A DNA stretch of 64,000 bases from a virus: IMG/VR virus record IMGVR_UViG_3300009158_000048, positions 3,579-67,578 of that record. One strand, 5' to 3'. Below the pieces are notes generated by a model. The model worked only from the letters and a program-made list of their open reading frames with translations. It did no database searches and was not told where the DNA came from. The position numbers and the translations under genes are program-made. Each line of letters opens with the position of its first letter. Position 1 is the first letter of the stretch. Positions 42,301 through 52,204 of this stretch are shown here, piece after piece.

Positions 42301-42337
42301 TATGTATGGAGATATTACTTATCCCTTTCTCATGTAA
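39323..42337 (+). CDS. putative virion cargo/ejection protein
   Basis: N-terminal EAEGGE...GPRHSEGGV...FIFSD module, xxxGG motifs, Cys cluster and Q/N-rich helical C-terminus. Confidence 0.6.
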   Translation: MLRKVRIKRLPQARTGYQVRGSLYNDVPSMGGGADYNAYMGEPKLQASKYITAVPREDANLEAEGGETVYGDINGDGMPEHKTIKGPRHSEGGVPLKLPDDSFIFSDTKSMRVKEPEFLAMFGKKSGSYTPADLAKQYDIERYRKILQDPNSDVLDRKTAELMLKNYTLKLGALALAQESKKGFPQGIPAVAQPYMQAMGIKEEDVLPEKQITDTIQQLDQQQQQSNDQRSADTMASPTEQQDEQYGAGAEEAQMMNSDRPVAQPEPMQDEAAGMTPEETQMRYGGMSQYAHGGWMPEEIATFTGSVPEAAYGMAMGANPQNYQGRTKQLRGASRFFSEGGYLPKAANGFEVDVTGMTPEQRERALYEARKAHAGQDIIQVDNGKKGKVTYSKTGSTDVEGVDMTTFGKTPTSVAAAAQYKLLENSMKDSDIKKKLCDETQASLKDPKSYTGKGGKPQKTWEQRGYKMPDCDEIAQQFLTHQKRNLSFQGQGIDSKLFTDTGQGLASAEDILKRKAMNPETGQPVKDLAEATKVKEYMRTTYGGGRGGAYGKPGDVKDVSIDEVSGKLGVPLDNDTKTRALQQATFHGYAHMAENRGNYDADLQYKTRNFLGDLQAGVNDESSMAGVFNTKGVQISPIDDFYKPQEGKYGNTTLGHLAGTGLDKYDVEDIVEGPCQCTDPTGKIGPYKPMVDGKCSCDPVEKKKCPCIKPDGTKVELEPDPNTGICPPCDEPVEVKKPAEWWLQDTIKTTGAFGDLMGIKKQMPWAPRVDLETPRPTFLDPTRELAANAEQANIQTQGAAQFAGPQAMSARSSSVQGQASKNAADILSRYNNANVNTANQFEMQATNIRNQEQGMNQAATQRVYDQNTMANQQYDNAKLAMRNNMRNQYTNAVTNRAKTDAMNQMYPQFAVSPGNGGFMHFTEGRELTGEASGKGADYWTERQKCVDAGAEDPDACAKNAVANAGGGGGGTDKSEVLKQMYGKRGGQMKEGGFMYGDITYPFLM

Positions 42338-42394
42338 ACTTTTGAAGTTTATTAAACTTTAAAAATTTTAATATTTTTACATCAAAGATAAATT

Positions 42395-45300
42395 ATGGCA
42401 ACGTATTTACAAGGAGTCACAGATTACATACCGGATTATCAGCCGTTTCAACCGGATCTGAATTTCTATTCTAATGTTTTGCAGACTAAGCAAACACAGT
42501 ATGATTCCAATTGGAAATCATTAAATAATCTATATGCAGATTTGCATAATGCAGACTTGACACATGATCAAAATATTAAGAAGAAAGATGATTTATTAAA
42601 ACAAATTGACTTTAATCTTAAAAGAGTTACAGGATTAGATTTATCATTGCAACAAAACGTAGATCAAGCTACACAAGTATTCAGACCATTTTATGAGGAT
42701 AAGTATTTGATGAAAGATATGGCTTGGACAAAAAATTATTCAAGTACAGTTAGCCGTGCACTTAATCTTAAGAATTCACAAGATGAAAAAATGCGTGCAC
42801 AATACTGGGATACCGGTATAAAGGATATGCAGTACCGCAAAGAAGAGTTTAAAGATTCTACATTAGAAGAAACACTTAACATGGGGAATGTAAGTTACAC
42901 ACCTTATGTTAACTCAATGGAGAAGTATCTTAAGCTTGCAAAAGAAACTGGTCTATCTATTGATATAAAAGATGTTGATGAATCTGGATTGTATTTTGTT
43001 AGAGAGAAAAACGGGAAAGCCCTACTCTCTCCTCTACAAAATCTTTTTATGAGTGCATATGCAAATGATCCAGCCCTACAGGCCGTATATGCTACGCAGT
43101 CTTATGTAAAAAGAAAAGACTATGCAGAACAACATGCTACTAAATTTAATGGTAATAAAGTAGAAGCTGAGAAAGAATATTTAAAAGAACAATATAAATT
43201 CTTACAGAACTATACTTCTAAGAAAAATATTGAGGCTAAAGAAAATGTAGATGTAAATAAAAACAAAACAACATCAACTGAAAAAGATAAAGCTAATAAT
43301 GAAGCAAATCCATTTACAGAATCTTATTTTGAGAGTTTAAATAAAGCACTAGCAATTGATGAAACAGTTGCTGATCATACTGACAAACTAGATAAAGATA
43401 TTAATGGTGGTAACTCAAGTACAGTTGCTACATCAGGTGTTAATGGTGATCCTAATGTCCTTGATTTAAATGACATGGAACTTGCCAGATTAAGAGTTGA
43501 TGGTGGTACGGCTTCTATATTAGCTGAACAAGATATACTTGGTGCTGCTGATATCTATGCATATAAAGATTATGTCTATGAAAAATCTGCTAACCCTGTA
43601 GGGTTGGAGAATCTAAGACAGCAAAATGCTCTTGCAAGAATTGACTATACTCATAAACTTAAAGAAGATGAGATAAAGTTAAAAGCTGGTTATGATTTAG
43701 AAAAAATTAGAATTGCTAATGGTGTTGCTAATGGTACAATAACTTATGATAAAAATGGAAATATACAAGAGAATGATGGATCAGCTCATCCAATTACATT
43801 AGGTCCAACATCTGGTCAGTTTTCTGATGAAATAAATGTACTTGCTCAAAATGCTAAAGATTATAATGATAAAGTTTCTAGTATGACAGGAACTTACATT
43901 GGTAATACTTTACTTAGATTAAAACTATTAGCTGATACAGGTGAGATAACAAGTAAAGAAGCATGGGATGCTGTATCTTGGTTAGATCCTAATAGTAAAG
44001 ATGCAAAAAGTAGATATGGTACTAAAGATGGTAAACAATTAGTTTACAAACTATGGAATCAATATGAAAATAATAATGATAAATTCATTCTTAATTTTAC
44101 AAAAAGCAACCAAGTTATAAAACTTAAAAAATTTATGGATGGTTGGGCAAGTAAAAATACAGGTCATTCAATTGCTACTGCATATCATAGTGACAAAAGT
44201 GCTTTAAATGTTCAAAAGTATGCCATATATAGAGATCAAGCTAAAGTTGTTACTGAACATAATGAAACTAAGATCAGTAAGAATCTTATAAGTGCAATGG
44301 ATCAAACAGATCTTAAAAGATTAAAACCTGAGACTAAGCAACAGATAGTTAATCTTTATATTAAAAAAATAAAAAGTGGTGCTAAAGTAGATGAAGATGA
44401 TTTTGCAAAATTTGTAGATAAAAATCTTAATTATGAAATAAAAGGATATAGTCCTACAGGTAATAAGACCTATGATAAACAATTTGAATCTCTTATAGGA
44501 AAACAAAAAACTAAAGAGTATAATGAATACATGCGTAGTGAAACATTAAAATGGCATGATAAAGATTTCTGGAAGTCTGCTGAAGGTAAAAAGTTAGCTG
44601 CTTCAGGATATACTGCAAATAATTTTCAAGAATATCTAGACAAACAATCAAATAAATTTGTTTCACAAAACATGAATGATGCTGAGTTTAAAAAGTTATT
44701 AGCAAAAGATGTTTGGAAATATAATAAAGCTATTAAAGATAGACATGAAGTAGATACTAGAGACTCAGGTCTTTTCCAAAGTGGCTCTTCAAAAGTTCAA
44801 GAAGAATTAAAATTTGCAAAACAAGAACTTACAAAACTTAATCATACACTAAATACTGATAATAGAAATATCTATGGTCCTAATAAATCTAATCTTAAAG
44901 CTGATATAGCAGCTAAACAAAGAGTAATCAAAAGTTTAGAATCTAGATTAGGTAATCAAAAAGGTAAAGAAGATAATGATTATAAGAAAAAATTAAAAAA
45001 ATCTCCATATGAGTATACTGCTGAAGAATTAGCAAAAGCTAAAATTCAGTATATAAAAAATATGGATACATTAAATGTAGGTCACCGTGAGTTATATCAA
45101 GAAATACCAGATTACCGTGAAACTTTTAGTAAAAGAACTGGTACGGATATGAATGATTTATTTGATACATTATCTGATGCTTATTTACAAACGGTTAATG
45201 AAACAGGCCCTGAAGGTCTTAGAAGTTATGCCGGATATGTAAGAACTAAAGGTGGTAGATATTCTCTTGGTACAAATCAATTTACAGCTAAAGATGTTTA

Positions 45301-46084
45301 TTTAAACAACCCGGGCTGGGGCGGATTTAATGATTTCCAACAAGGTATGGCTGATATCAATAGAATTAGATTTAATCAAAATTCAGATAAGTATGCAGTT
45401 ACTTATGGAGGTGTAACTAAGACTGCTGCTACAGATAATCCTCTAGATGCTGCAGAAATGAAAGCTATGTTAAGAGAACTTCAAATGTCTGCTGGTAGTA
45501 AAAGTAAAACACGTTTTAAAATTGCAAGATCTAGTGTAGCTATGGAAGATCCAAATCTTAGAGCTTTAATTATTATTCCACCACAAGATGTATTGAAAAA
45601 ATATATTAAAGATAAAGATGGTGCTGTTGACTGGAATAGAATTAAAAAAATTACATCCAATGGTATTAGTTTTATTGCTCCAAAAAGTGAATGGACAAAT
45701 GATTTTGTATTAGAAAATGAACTTACTCCAACAGAAATGATTATTAATGCTTCAGGCCAAATGAAATATCAACATGGTAACGGAGCTGGTGGATTTACTA
45801 TTGCTAAAGTAAAAAATGTTCCTGGTGTAGATTATTCTATTAGTTATACAGGTAAGATGATAAATGATGATGGTACAGTTTCAATTAAATCAGACTACTT
45901 ACCTTTTCAAAAATCAGGAAATAAAATAGATGATAGTCAAGAATCAGTGTTTAATTTAATACAGGCTATTGATGAAGAAAATTTAGCAAAATTCAGACAT
46001 TTTCAAGAGACAGGAAATCAGAAAGCAATTGATAATGTTCACAAATATTATAAGCAACCAGATTGGTCAGGCTTTAAATACTAA
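42395..46084 (+). CDS. large hypothetical protein, putative virion/ejection protein
   Basis: 1229-aa helical ORF, first of three giant genes ending in the RNAP, as in crAss-like RNAP loci. Confidence 0.55.
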   Translation: MATYLQGVTDYIPDYQPFQPDLNFYSNVLQTKQTQYDSNWKSLNNLYADLHNADLTHDQNIKKKDDLLKQIDFNLKRVTGLDLSLQQNVDQATQVFRPFYEDKYLMKDMAWTKNYSSTVSRALNLKNSQDEKMRAQYWDTGIKDMQYRKEEFKDSTLEETLNMGNVSYTPYVNSMEKYLKLAKETGLSIDIKDVDESGLYFVREKNGKALLSPLQNLFMSAYANDPALQAVYATQSYVKRKDYAEQHATKFNGNKVEAEKEYLKEQYKFLQNYTSKKNIEAKENVDVNKNKTTSTEKDKANNEANPFTESYFESLNKALAIDETVADHTDKLDKDINGGNSSTVATSGVNGDPNVLDLNDMELARLRVDGGTASILAEQDILGAADIYAYKDYVYEKSANPVGLENLRQQNALARIDYTHKLKEDEIKLKAGYDLEKIRIANGVANGTITYDKNGNIQENDGSAHPITLGPTSGQFSDEINVLAQNAKDYNDKVSSMTGTYIGNTLLRLKLLADTGEITSKEAWDAVSWLDPNSKDAKSRYGTKDGKQLVYKLWNQYENNNDKFILNFTKSNQVIKLKKFMDGWASKNTGHSIATAYHSDKSALNVQKYAIYRDQAKVVTEHNETKISKNLISAMDQTDLKRLKPETKQQIVNLYIKKIKSGAKVDEDDFAKFVDKNLNYEIKGYSPTGNKTYDKQFESLIGKQKTKEYNEYMRSETLKWHDKDFWKSAEGKKLAASGYTANNFQEYLDKQSNKFVSQNMNDAEFKKLLAKDVWKYNKAIKDRHEVDTRDSGLFQSGSSKVQEELKFAKQELTKLNHTLNTDNRNIYGPNKSNLKADIAAKQRVIKSLESRLGNQKGKEDNDYKKKLKKSPYEYTAEELAKAKIQYIKNMDTLNVGHRELYQEIPDYRETFSKRTGTDMNDLFDTLSDAYLQTVNETGPEGLRSYAGYVRTKGGRYSLGTNQFTAKDVYLNNPGWGGFNDFQQGMADINRIRFNQNSDKYAVTYGGVTKTAATDNPLDAAEMKAMLRELQMSAGSKSKTRFKIARSSVAMEDPNLRALIIIPPQDVLKKYIKDKDGAVDWNRIKKITSNGISFIAPKSEWTNDFVLENELTPTEMIINASGQMKYQHGNGAGGFTIAKVKNVPGVDYSISYTGKMINDDGTVSIKSDYLPFQKSGNKIDDSQESVFNLIQAIDEENLAKFRHFQETGNQKAIDNVHKYYKQPDWSGFKY

Positions 46085-46089
46085 TACTA

Positions 46090-49000
46090 ATGGCAGAAGA
46101 AACTAATGTACCAGAGGAGGGTGTAAAAGATCTTACTCAGCAAAGTGAATTTATTGCTCCCGCAGAAATTGGAGCTAATTTGTATCGTCCAATTGTTGCA
46201 CCAACATTTGATATTAGGTCACTTACTTCAAAAACTAATATTGAGAATCCTGCTTTAAGAATTAAAGATACTTCAACAGGTTCTGCTCCATATCATCCTA
46301 AGAAAGTTCAGACTACTGACTCACAAAAGTTTAATGGTCTTGATGCCCTCTTTGCAAAAACTAAAGCAGAGCTTTCAGGTAATGTAGATAAAAATGCATA
46401 TAGTAAAATCTATGCATATGATTCTTCCCCTAAAGGAGCACACAAAGCTAGATATAAAGGTTACGGTCAAGAGACATATGATAGAATTGGATTCAGTCCA
46501 GAGATAGATAATGAGACTTGGTACAATGAAAATACTTCTCAGTATGATGACTGGAAGCGTATGGCAACTCAATCAGCATGGCCTATGTTAAAATTGGGTT
46601 TTATGAGTCCAATCAAATCATATGCTAAATTATTTGGTCAAGCAGACATTGGACAAGACTTAGCAGAAGCAAGAGATTATGAAGAATACAACGCAATTGG
46701 TTATTCTACTAAGGGTGGTATTGGCGGTTTTGCTATTAACCTACAAAACTCTGCTGCATATTCAGTGGGGATACTTACTGAAAGTGTTGTGGAAGGGGCT
46801 CTTATCGGTGCTGCTGTAGGTGCAGTAAGTGGTGAAGGTGTTGGTGCAGCGCCAGGTGCATTGATTGGTGGTGTAGTAGAAGGTTTTGAAACATTATTAA
46901 AATTACCAAGTACTCTAATAAATATGAGTAAGAATCTTGGTAAGATGACCATGAATCTTAATAAGCTTAAAAATATATCTGAAGTAAGAAATGTCTTTAA
47001 TGGTGCTGCTAAATCAATGGGTAACTTTATAAACCCTATTAGTAATACTTCTGAAGCAGCAATGAAGTATGTTTTTAAAAATCCAGATGATCTTAGTAAT
47101 CTTGCAAGATCTGCAAGAACTGTTGGAGCTATGTGGCATGATGTTAAAAACATGAATGCTGCCTTATCTGAAGGGAGACTTGAAGGTGGATTCTCAGAAC
47201 AGAGAATCTATGATGATCTTTATAACAAGTACTATGATAAAAATGGAGAAGCACCAAGTGATCTTCTTCAAAAAGATATGCGTAAGCAAGCAAAAGTAGG
47301 TGGTTTCCAAAACACTTTTAAAAATACATTGCTTGTATATTATAGTAATAATCTTGCTTTCCCTTCAATTACAAAAGCAGGATTCATGAAAGGCCTTCCT
47401 AAATTTAGTAAGACCTTTGGTACAGTCGGACCTTTTCAATTAGTATATAATCCAGCTAAAAGAGCAGCTGGTGAAGCATTATACTCAGCTGAAAAGATCT
47501 CACTTAAAAATGCAGCAAAAGCATTTACTAAACCTGCTGCATATGGTAAAACAGCATTAAATTATTTTAAAGCTAATCTTGTAGAAGGTTTTCAAGAGAC
47601 AGCACAAGATGTTTTATCAGATGCAACTGAAAACTATTATGTTAATAGTTTTAAAAACAAAGACCGTCAGAACTTTGAATATTCAATGGCTACATTTAAT
47701 GCAGGCATGAAGAAACAAATAAGTGCTCAAGGTGCTGAAACATTTGCTTCAGGTTTTGCAATGGGTGCTATTCTTGGTATTCCAGGTAGTGTTAAGAATT
47801 TTATGAGTGTTGGATACAATAAGTATTTTAAACACCGTAATAACTATACTGAATATCTTGCAGAAAGACAAGAGGAAGTTGACTCAATTGTAAATACATT
47901 AAACACAATGGACAAAGGAGCTAAACACTTTTTTGATCCAAGACTTACAAACTATACTACACAAATGCTTGCGGGTAAAGTTGTAGATGACCCAGAAGGA
48001 GTATCAACCAAAGAGGCAAAAGATACAAGCTTTGCAGCATTTCAATCTGCTGTAAGAACTTCATTAAGATCAGGAACTTTTGATATGTTCATTGATAACT
48101 ATGAAGGATATAAACAAGCTACTCCTCAAGAGTTAGAAGAGGCATGGAGATTAGAACCAGGACAAGGTGAGAAAGCACTAGCAAATATTGACAAAGCAGT
48201 TAGTAGTGCAAAAGTAATGGCATCAAGATGGCAGGAAGTAAAAAACAGAATGAAACATGTTGTTAATCCTGCAAACTTTCCAGAGAATACCCCTGAAAGA
48301 GAAATGGCTGAGGTTTACAATGAAGCTTACCTTACAGGCCTTGACAACTTAGTATTCATGGGAGGTGCCTTTGACAATAATAGTGAAAGGTTAGGTAAGA
48401 TGTATAACAAGTTAGCATCTATTCCTGTAATTCAAAACTCAAGATTTTCTGATATTGCAACTATTACTGATCCAGCAAGATTAAATAAAGAGATTGCAAT
48501 GCTCCGTACAGATGTTGACCTTGGTAAAAGTGCAACAACTCCAGAAGGAAAAGAACAATATCAAAAACAAAAAGATCTTCTTGAGAAATTAGAAAGCTAT
48601 AAAAAAGAACAAACAGGTGTCACTGTAGATTTTTTTCAAAGAATTCAGAATGCTCAAAAAGAAATTGTAAAATCTGAAGGTATTTCTAATGATGAAGCAC
48701 ATGATAAAGCTGTTGAACAAGTTACAGCTGAATATGAAAAAGAAGGATTAAATCCTTTTGAAAATTATAAAACAAGTTTCAGAGATTTATTAGATAATCT
48801 TGCTGGAACAGAAGAAAATAAAGCAAACCTTGGTAGACAGTTAGATGATGCCGGTGGTTTTGAAAATATTTTTGAAATGTTAATGGATACACATGTTCTT
48901 AGAAATGAGAATATGAATCTTAACAAATACATTAATCTTTTAAGTAGCCCACAAGATTTCTATGAACATGTCAATAGAAACTTTGAGTGGATGAAGAAGT

Positions 49001-52000
49001 TGTATAAAAACAGACAAGACTACTATGATGAGTTAATTAATAACTCTATTACAGCTATTCAAAGAAATACACTTTTAGAAGAACTAGCTGAGAAAGGTAT
49101 TTATGTTGACTTAGAAGAATTTGCTGATTGGTGTGAAGATAATTCTAAATTACCTACGTATCTTATTGATCAAGTAAATAATAGAATTATAAATAGAGAT
49201 AGTTATCTCTATGACCAATATATTGAAATTTTTAATTTAGCAGAAAATGCTGAGACTACTAATCCTCCAAGACCAAAAAGTACTGAAGAGCAAAAACTTG
49301 ATATAACAATTGAAAACTATAATGATCAAAGAGAGGGTGAATTAGAAACTGTTCAAAATGCATATGATGTTAATTTAAAAGATCTTGTAGGATATACACA
49401 AGATGAGATTGACAATATGCGTAATGAAGCAATGACTAATTCAGATATGACTCCTGATGATGCTGTTGAAGAAATTGCATTAGCACAAAAAGCTCTTATG
49501 CAATTAGAATCAGATAATCATCTTGAGATTCAAGCTGTATTTGATATGGCTGCAGAAAAAGAAATGTTTACTCCAAAAGAGTATAACATGGCTAAAGAAG
49601 ATCTTTTCTCAAGTGAAACAGCAGCCGAAGAAGTAGCAAGCATTGCGCAGAAATTTACAGATGTAGAACAAGAAGAAGAAGCTATTGAAGCAGCATCTAA
49701 TGTAGTAATACTTAGACCATTACTTGAAAGTAGAATTAAAGTACTTCAAGCACTTGCTGATGGGACCGGAATGGAAGGTATCCCAACTTATGAAGAAACT
49801 CTACCCTATGAGGATTACACAAAAGCAGTAGATGAGATTAATACAAAGTATGATGATCTTATAGATAAAGCTAGAACAGACTTTGAAGAGGCTGTTAAGG
49901 AGAGTGTTGAATCCAATAGGCCTGAAGAGATGAAACAATCTATCCGGGAGGTTCAAGAGTTATTTGCCGGGAAAGAAGATATTGTTCAGACTAAAAGAAA
50001 CTACATTGTAGATGGTGAGCTCCATGAAAGAATGTCAAACAGAATCAAAACTGGTTATGACACTTATGGATACTCAGGTGAAGCTGATCTTATAGATCTT
50101 TATGATGAGACTATTGGTGCTGCATTAAAAGGTGAAAGATCTAAAACTACTAATACAAATGCTAAGGCAGCTATAGAAAAAAGAAGACAAGAAGAATTAA
50201 AAGAAAAAGCTCCATATGTTTTAACTAAAGACTATTTTGAAGGTGATAATAACACAATAGCTACATTAACTTTTAAAAGTAATATAGATAAGACATATGC
50301 TTATACTCAGGAACAAGTAAGTATATCTATAGGTGATTTGAGAGATGACTCTAGACTTTCAAAAATAACTGAAGAACAATATGATGCAGCTATAAAAGCA
50401 CCTGAATTAGTAAAAGAAATCAATGCTAAATATGATGCAGAATTAGCTGCTTTAGATAATACTGAAGAAACAACAGAACCTAGAGAATTAGACCAAGATT
50501 TAATTAATGAATTCATAGAAGCTTTAGTAGCTGCTGATCTACCTGGTGTCAACACAAATAAATTCACTGTAGATATAGTAAGAGATGAATTAGAAACATT
50601 ACTTAAAACTGATGGCACTAAGTCTAAAAAAATTCAGAAATATATCTCTAAGTTACAAAATCAGTTAAGTGATATCAACAGTAAGTTAGAATCAGTAAAA
50701 GATAAAAAGCGTCTTGCAAGCTTGCAAAAACAGAAAACTCAGTTAGAGCAAGCTATTAAAGATGAAGAGACAGGTAAGTATGATGAGCCATTTGAAATGA
50801 ACTCAGTTAATCTTAAGTCTTTTATTCTAAACACAGTAAAAGAAAATGCATATGAAGAGTCTAGAGATGGGGGAAATATAATTGACCCTATGCTCAAAGA
50901 CTATCTTGATACAGCAACTTCTGTAAAACCTAAGTGGGATAAGACTGAGATGAGCAAAGAAGCATATGATGCTTTATTTGATGATGAGACTGGTTATCTT
51001 ACTAAGTTTAAAAGAATGGCTGACAATGGTGAGATTTATATATTCACCAAAGATCTTATTGTGCATGCTAATGATCTAGTAGATGCTGAAGGTAATAAAC
51101 TTCCTAATGTTGCTGGTGAAATTGATATGATCATTGTTGACCGCCAAGGAAGAAAATTCATTGTGGATTTAAAAACTGGTAAGGTTAGAAAATGGTTTAA
51201 CTATAAAACTGTTGGTACAGATTCATTTAAGAAACAATTAGAGAATACCTTACAACAAACCGGTTATGCAAATCTTGCAGAAGATATGTCTGGTCAACAA
51301 TTTGGAATTAAAATCTTCCCAATTGAAATTGGTTTTGATTCAAGTGGTTATATAGTAACAGCAGGTGAGCCAACAAACCCATCATTATTTGTAGGAGAAG
51401 AAGTAATTGGAGATGAAGGAACAATGCCTTATACTATTTCATTAGATAAGGGTAATGTTATTCAAATTAAAAATGAAGAGACTGGTGCCTATGGAACTCA
51501 ATCAATTGATGAGTTCATGCAAAATTTAATACCTGTTAGGGGAAGAAAAGCTGGTCAGCTTAAAACTCAACCTACTCAGAAAAATAATATCCCGGAAGAA
51601 GAAAGACCACTAGTTGATGAGTTCATGAGTAAGATGGCAGAAATTAGTGATACTAAAGAAGGAAATGATGCTTTAGATGGCTTAATGGAATTAGCTTTAG
51701 AGTTAGATGCAATGAAACCTAAATTAAGTAAAGAAGCATATAACAATATGAAATCTCAACTTGATGCAAGAATGTCATTAACTTTTGATGAAACAGGAGA
51801 AATAGTATTAAACATCGGAGAAATTTATATCTTTACGGAACCAGTAAAAGCACACAAAGTTACTGAAGGTTACAGAGTAAAAGTAGATACTTTTGATCCT
51901 GAAGCTGAAACAGTTACTTTGTCTAGAGTTGGTCCAGGTAGAAAGAAAACTTTTACCATGAGTATACAAGATTTTAATGCATATGCTATGAGTGAAGAAT

Positions 52001-52200
52001 TAATAAACAACATGCCAAAAGAAGAAGAGCCTTATGTTCCTTCTGAAGAAGAGGTGGGTCACTTAACAGAAAGTATGGCTGTTACAGATGAACAGTTATC
52101 TGACTTTGAGCAACTTGCTAAATGGGAAGATGAAGCTTCAGCAGATACTATATCTCTTGACCAATTAAAAAATGATTTCTTTAATAATTTTAAATGCTAA
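46090..52200 (+). CDS. giant putative virion protein with glycine zipper and C-terminal PD-(D/E)XK nuclease domain
   Basis: GALIGAAVGAVSGEGVGAAPGALIGG; AGEIDMIIVD...IVDLKTG...QQTGYA at about 51110-51270. Confidence 0.65.
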   Translation: MAEETNVPEEGVKDLTQQSEFIAPAEIGANLYRPIVAPTFDIRSLTSKTNIENPALRIKDTSTGSAPYHPKKVQTTDSQKFNGLDALFAKTKAELSGNVDKNAYSKIYAYDSSPKGAHKARYKGYGQETYDRIGFSPEIDNETWYNENTSQYDDWKRMATQSAWPMLKLGFMSPIKSYAKLFGQADIGQDLAEARDYEEYNAIGYSTKGGIGGFAINLQNSAAYSVGILTESVVEGALIGAAVGAVSGEGVGAAPGALIGGVVEGFETLLKLPSTLINMSKNLGKMTMNLNKLKNISEVRNVFNGAAKSMGNFINPISNTSEAAMKYVFKNPDDLSNLARSARTVGAMWHDVKNMNAALSEGRLEGGFSEQRIYDDLYNKYYDKNGEAPSDLLQKDMRKQAKVGGFQNTFKNTLLVYYSNNLAFPSITKAGFMKGLPKFSKTFGTVGPFQLVYNPAKRAAGEALYSAEKISLKNAAKAFTKPAAYGKTALNYFKANLVEGFQETAQDVLSDATENYYVNSFKNKDRQNFEYSMATFNAGMKKQISAQGAETFASGFAMGAILGIPGSVKNFMSVGYNKYFKHRNNYTEYLAERQEEVDSIVNTLNTMDKGAKHFFDPRLTNYTTQMLAGKVVDDPEGVSTKEAKDTSFAAFQSAVRTSLRSGTFDMFIDNYEGYKQATPQELEEAWRLEPGQGEKALANIDKAVSSAKVMASRWQEVKNRMKHVVNPANFPENTPEREMAEVYNEAYLTGLDNLVFMGGAFDNNSERLGKMYNKLASIPVIQNSRFSDIATITDPARLNKEIAMLRTDVDLGKSATTPEGKEQYQKQKDLLEKLESYKKEQTGVTVDFFQRIQNAQKEIVKSEGISNDEAHDKAVEQVTAEYEKEGLNPFENYKTSFRDLLDNLAGTEENKANLGRQLDDAGGFENIFEMLMDTHVLRNENMNLNKYINLLSSPQDFYEHVNRNFEWMKKLYKNRQDYYDELINNSITAIQRNTLLEELAEKGIYVDLEEFADWCEDNSKLPTYLIDQVNNRIINRDSYLYDQYIEIFNLAENAETTNPPRPKSTEEQKLDITIENYNDQREGELETVQNAYDVNLKDLVGYTQDEIDNMRNEAMTNSDMTPDDAVEEIALAQKALMQLESDNHLEIQAVFDMAAEKEMFTPKEYNMAKEDLFSSETAAEEVASIAQKFTDVEQEEEAIEAASNVVILRPLLESRIKVLQALADGTGMEGIPTYEETLPYEDYTKAVDEINTKYDDLIDKARTDFEEAVKESVESNRPEEMKQSIREVQELFAGKEDIVQTKRNYIVDGELHERMSNRIKTGYDTYGYSGEADLIDLYDETIGAALKGERSKTTNTNAKAAIEKRRQEELKEKAPYVLTKDYFEGDNNTIATLTFKSNIDKTYAYTQEQVSISIGDLRDDSRLSKITEEQYDAAIKAPELVKEINAKYDAELAALDNTEETTEPRELDQDLINEFIEALVAADLPGVNTNKFTVDIVRDELETLLKTDGTKSKKIQKYISKLQNQLSDINSKLESVKDKKRLASLQKQKTQLEQAIKDEETGKYDEPFEMNSVNLKSFILNTVKENAYEESRDGGNIIDPMLKDYLDTATSVKPKWDKTEMSKEAYDALFDDETGYLTKFKRMADNGEIYIFTKDLIVHANDLVDAEGNKLPNVAGEIDMIIVDRQGRKFIVDLKTGKVRKWFNYKTVGTDSFKKQLENTLQQTGYANLAEDMSGQQFGIKIFPIEIGFDSSGYIVTAGEPTNPSLFVGEEVIGDEGTMPYTISLDKGNVIQIKNEETGAYGTQSIDEFMQNLIPVRGRKAGQLKTQPTQKNNIPEEERPLVDEFMSKMAEISDTKEGNDALDGLMELALELDAMKPKLSKEAYNNMKSQLDARMSLTFDETGEIVLNIGEIYIFTEPVKAHKVTEGYRVKVDTFDPEAETVTLSRVGPGRKKTFTMSIQDFNAYAMSEELINNMPKEEEPYVPSEEEVGHLTESMAVTDEQLSDFEQLAKWEDEASADTISLDQLKNDFFNNFKC

Positions 52201-52204
52201 TTAG

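Noticed and set aside
42338-42394. Promoter of the TTG-N19/20 class upstream of 42395
   Set aside because: AT-rich with an AAACTT/AAGTTT inverted repeat, but the spacing and core do not fit the motif, so it was not called.
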